A stretch of DNA of 64,000 nt from Phycisphaerae bacterium (GTDB taxonomy: Bacteria; Planctomycetota; Phycisphaerae; UBA1845; Fen-1342): positions 84,844 through 148,843 of the forward strand of contig JASFQK010000013.1 of the NCBI GenBank assembly GCA_050115495.1. The letters run 5' to 3'. The position numbers and the translations under genes were made by a program. Below, piece by piece: positions 61,677 through 64,000 of this stretch (within the stretch, counting starts at the first letter, position 1; each line of letters begins with the position of its first letter). The notes beneath the pieces were generated by a model, which did not search any database, was not told the DNA's origin, and was given only the letters and a program-made list of their open reading frames with translations.

Positions 61677-62618
61677 ATGAACGAGCAGCGGACGGCGGTT
61701 GCCGTAACGGATCTCCCCGGCTTGCGAAACCGCGGCAAGGTTCGCGACGTCTACGACCTGGGCCAGTCGCTCATGATCGTGGCGACGGACCGCATCTCGG
61801 CGTTCGACGTCGTCATGAACGAGCCCGTGCCCGATAAGGGCGTCGTTCTGACCGCGATGACCCAGTTCTGGCTCGAAACGCTGCCGGCGTGCGCCGCCAA
61901 CCACCTCGAATACGTCGTCGGACCGGGCCACGTGCCGCCGGGCTACGAGCAGCACGCCGCCCAGCTCAACGGGCGGGCCATGGTCGTCCGCAAGGCGTCC
62001 GTGCTGCCGGTCGAGTGCGTCGTTCGCGGCTATCTCGTCGGCGGCGGGTGGAAGGAATACCGCGGGTGCGGGAGCGTGAGCGGCGTGCAGTTGCCGGCGG
62101 GGCTGCGGCTGGCGGAGAAGCTGGCCGAGCCGATCTTCACGCCGAGCACGAAGGCGACCGACGGCCACGACGAGCCGATTTCGTTCGAGCAGGCCTGTGC
62201 GACCGCCGCCGAGTTCATGATGGCCGGCGGCGCCGCCCCGGGTGCGGGTGAGGCGTTGATGCGTGCGGCCCGACAGCGGTCGCTGGAGATCTACCGCCAG
62301 GCCCGCGACTACGCCCAGCAGCGGGGGATCATCATCGCCGACACCAAGTTCGAGTTCGGCGTCTGGCGGAACCAGTTGCTGCTGATCGACGAGGTCCTGA
62401 CGCCCGACTCCTCCCGCTTCTGGCCGGCGACCGACTACGAAGTCGGCCGCACGCCGGCGAGCTTCGACAAGCAATACCTGCGCGACTACCTCGCCGAAAC
62501 CGGCTGGAACAAACACCCCCCCCCGCCGCCGCTGCCGGACGAGGTCGTGAAACACACCCGCGCCCGCTACCTGGAGGCATACCGCCTCCTGACCGGCCGC
62601 GAGCTGGCGCACACGTAG
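61677..62618 (+). CDS. purC: Phosphoribosylaminoimidazole-succinocarboxamide (SAICAR) synthase
   Basis: GKVRDVY, ATDRISAFD, ECVVRGYL, ADTKFEFG, DEVLTPDSSRFW and SFDKQYLRD motifs. Confidence 0.97.
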   Translation: MNEQRTAVAVTDLPGLRNRGKVRDVYDLGQSLMIVATDRISAFDVVMNEPVPDKGVVLTAMTQFWLETLPACAANHLEYVVGPGHVPPGYEQHAAQLNGRAMVVRKASVLPVECVVRGYLVGGGWKEYRGCGSVSGVQLPAGLRLAEKLAEPIFTPSTKATDGHDEPISFEQACATAAEFMMAGGAAPGAGEALMRAARQRSLEIYRQARDYAQQRGIIIADTKFEFGVWRNQLLLIDEVLTPDSSRFWPATDYEVGRTPASFDKQYLRDYLAETGWNKHPPPPPLPDEVVKHTRARYLEAYRLLTGRELAHT

Positions 62619-62926
62619 CGTCCGGGCTCCGTACCGGACGTCCCGTAGCGGCCGATCGCCAAATGTGGCACCGGATTGCATCCGGTGCGTCGTCACACGC
62701 TCGCTCGCAAACGCGCGCGTAGCGTCGGCCCCCTGTGGCCGACGGCTTCGTTGGGCCTTAAACCGTGAGCCTCGACCCGGACACAACGTCGCCGAGTGTG
62801 CGCGCAGTGTGGCATGCTGAAGCCTCAGGCGCCGGCATGTCTTCCTCTCGCGTCGAGAACAACATGCCCGCGCCTCAGAGCTTGGGCATGTCACACCCCG
62901 TAGCGGCCGACCTCCGTGTCGGCCGT
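62615..62926 (+). repeat. Mosaic REP-like palindrome array D
   Basis: GTAG/GTGG-led hairpins at 62615, 62665, 62719, 62809 and 62900; the first GTAG contains the purC stop codon. Confidence 0.8.
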
Positions 62927-63306
62927 CGGTCTCCACCAGCTTGCTGTCCCGCTATGTGACCGTTGGGCCATGGGGCGCTCGCAGCCAGCACCCGGCGGGC
63001 ACCGAGGATACAAGAAAGGGGACGGCGGAAGGACCAAGATTCCCGACGGCGAGGCGTGGCAACCTGCAATCACGCCGTGCCTGCCAGATTGGCAGTGTCG
63101 CGGTGGCAGGCACGCCTGCTTCAGCAGCAGTTGCATCTACAGCGGCATAGCCTCAAACGGCGAATAGCACGAGGTTTAGCGACGTTCACATCAACAATCT
63201 CGTTTGGAACAGCGCTTGCTAAAGATTGTAGTGAACTTCGGGGGCGACCAACCGGGTCGTGGCGTTGCGACACTGTGCGCCTCCTGTCAACGTGGAGTTT
63301 GCGCGC

Positions 63307-63579
63307 ATGTCGTCTTCAGATCCACAGCTCGATGATGCTCTTGTTGCTACCTACGCTGAGTTCGGCGTGCCAGCGGACCAGTTTTTTGCTGACACGCAGT
63401 TGACTCAGCGTTTTCTCCGCTTGCTCGCCGCTCGTCTGAAGAGGACGGTCAAGGATCCACGGCGGACGATGCGACGACTCGTGAGTCTTCGCAAGATGGG
63501 CAGACTCCCTCGTTTGCAGAGAGCATACTACGGACGAGGTGGACGGGACGTTACGGCGCAGGCTAACGTTGGTGCCTAG
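63307..63579 (+). CDS. Small basic helical hypothetical protein
   Basis: 90 aa ending ...RRLVSLRKMGRLPRL...; lower-GC region. Confidence 0.5.
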   Translation: MSSSDPQLDDALVATYAEFGVPADQFFADTQLTQRFLRLLAARLKRTVKDPRRTMRRLVSLRKMGRLPRLQRAYYGRGGRDVTAQANVGA

Positions 63580-63585
63580 CTAGGC

Positions 63586-63948
63586 GTGATCCAACTCCTT
63601 TCCGCACTGCCTGAGGTACGGTGGCCTATGCTACGTCGGGCTGGCTTCTGGCTGAAACGGAACCACAATTGGATCCTCCCAACTCTCGCGATTGCTGTGG
63701 CCGTTGCGATCCCCATATGGCAACACCGCGCGGGCCGGCAACGCGCCGGCTACTTGAGCATCACGGAAGCCTTCGCGGGAGATCTACTCTCCCCGCTGCA
63801 GGCTGCCTCCTCGGCCCTATGCGTACGTGTAGAGGTCTTGGATGCGATTGGTCTGAAGCAAACCGCTGTTCCGGTGGAGCTATTGTCAAAAGTCGTTGAT
63901 GGCGTCGTGATCAGGCGGCGGCTTTCTCGGGTTTTTCTCCGTCGATGA
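63586..63948 (+). CDS. Hypothetical membrane protein (possibly a fragment)
   Basis: One TM (WILPTLAIAVAVAIPIW); atypical composition; no recognisable domain. Confidence 0.35.
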   Translation: MIQLLSALPEVRWPMLRRAGFWLKRNHNWILPTLAIAVAVAIPIWQHRAGRQRAGYLSITEAFAGDLLSPLQAASSALCVRVEVLDAIGLKQTAVPVELLSKVVDGVVIRRRLSRVFLRR

Positions 63949-64000
63949 AGCGGACGCTGGCGATCACGTCCGGCAGAAGCTTCGCGCCATTCAGCGTCCG

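Noticed and set aside
62516..62524. C9 tract in purC as a phase-variation site
   Set aside because: It encodes a poly-Pro stretch in a housekeeping gene and is probably chance in GC-rich DNA.

Overview
GC-rich bacterial chromosome segment, probably Planctomycetota (class Phycisphaerae). That placement is inferred from the ECF sigma factor/Ser-Thr kinase-TPR pair, ATQP/TSRP low-complexity linkers and GDLNCDG..NFDI dockerin-like tags. Core genes: thuA-like 3' end, tRNA-Ser(CGA), selB, HAD phosphatase, ABC exporter, eno followed by an ftsB-like gene, htpX, a radical SAM protein and purC. Most interesting accessory content: (1) a three-gene islet (MqsR-like toxin, MqsA fused to a DUF4065/Panacea-like domain, HEPN-like protein) bracketed by a duplicated, deletion-damaged thuA 3' end; (2) five secreted proteins with the same Cys-containing dockerin-like tag, suggesting a lineage-specific surface-anchoring system; (3) an operon of two nucleotide pyrophosphatase/phosphodiesterase-like enzymes, a 60-aa protein ending in LRGLGYLE and a DUF106/EMC3-like membrane protein; (4) a pair of unrecognised paralogues with 10-bp-phased repeats between them; (5) four mosaic arrays of GTAG/GTGG REP-like palindromes, plus one REP-like unit amplified inside a CDS; (6) an AT-rich nested palindrome, an IS630 remnant, a near-identical duplicated leader and a candidate sRNA. 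All calls were made by eye from the sequence and ORF track; no searches were run, and start codons are best guesses.
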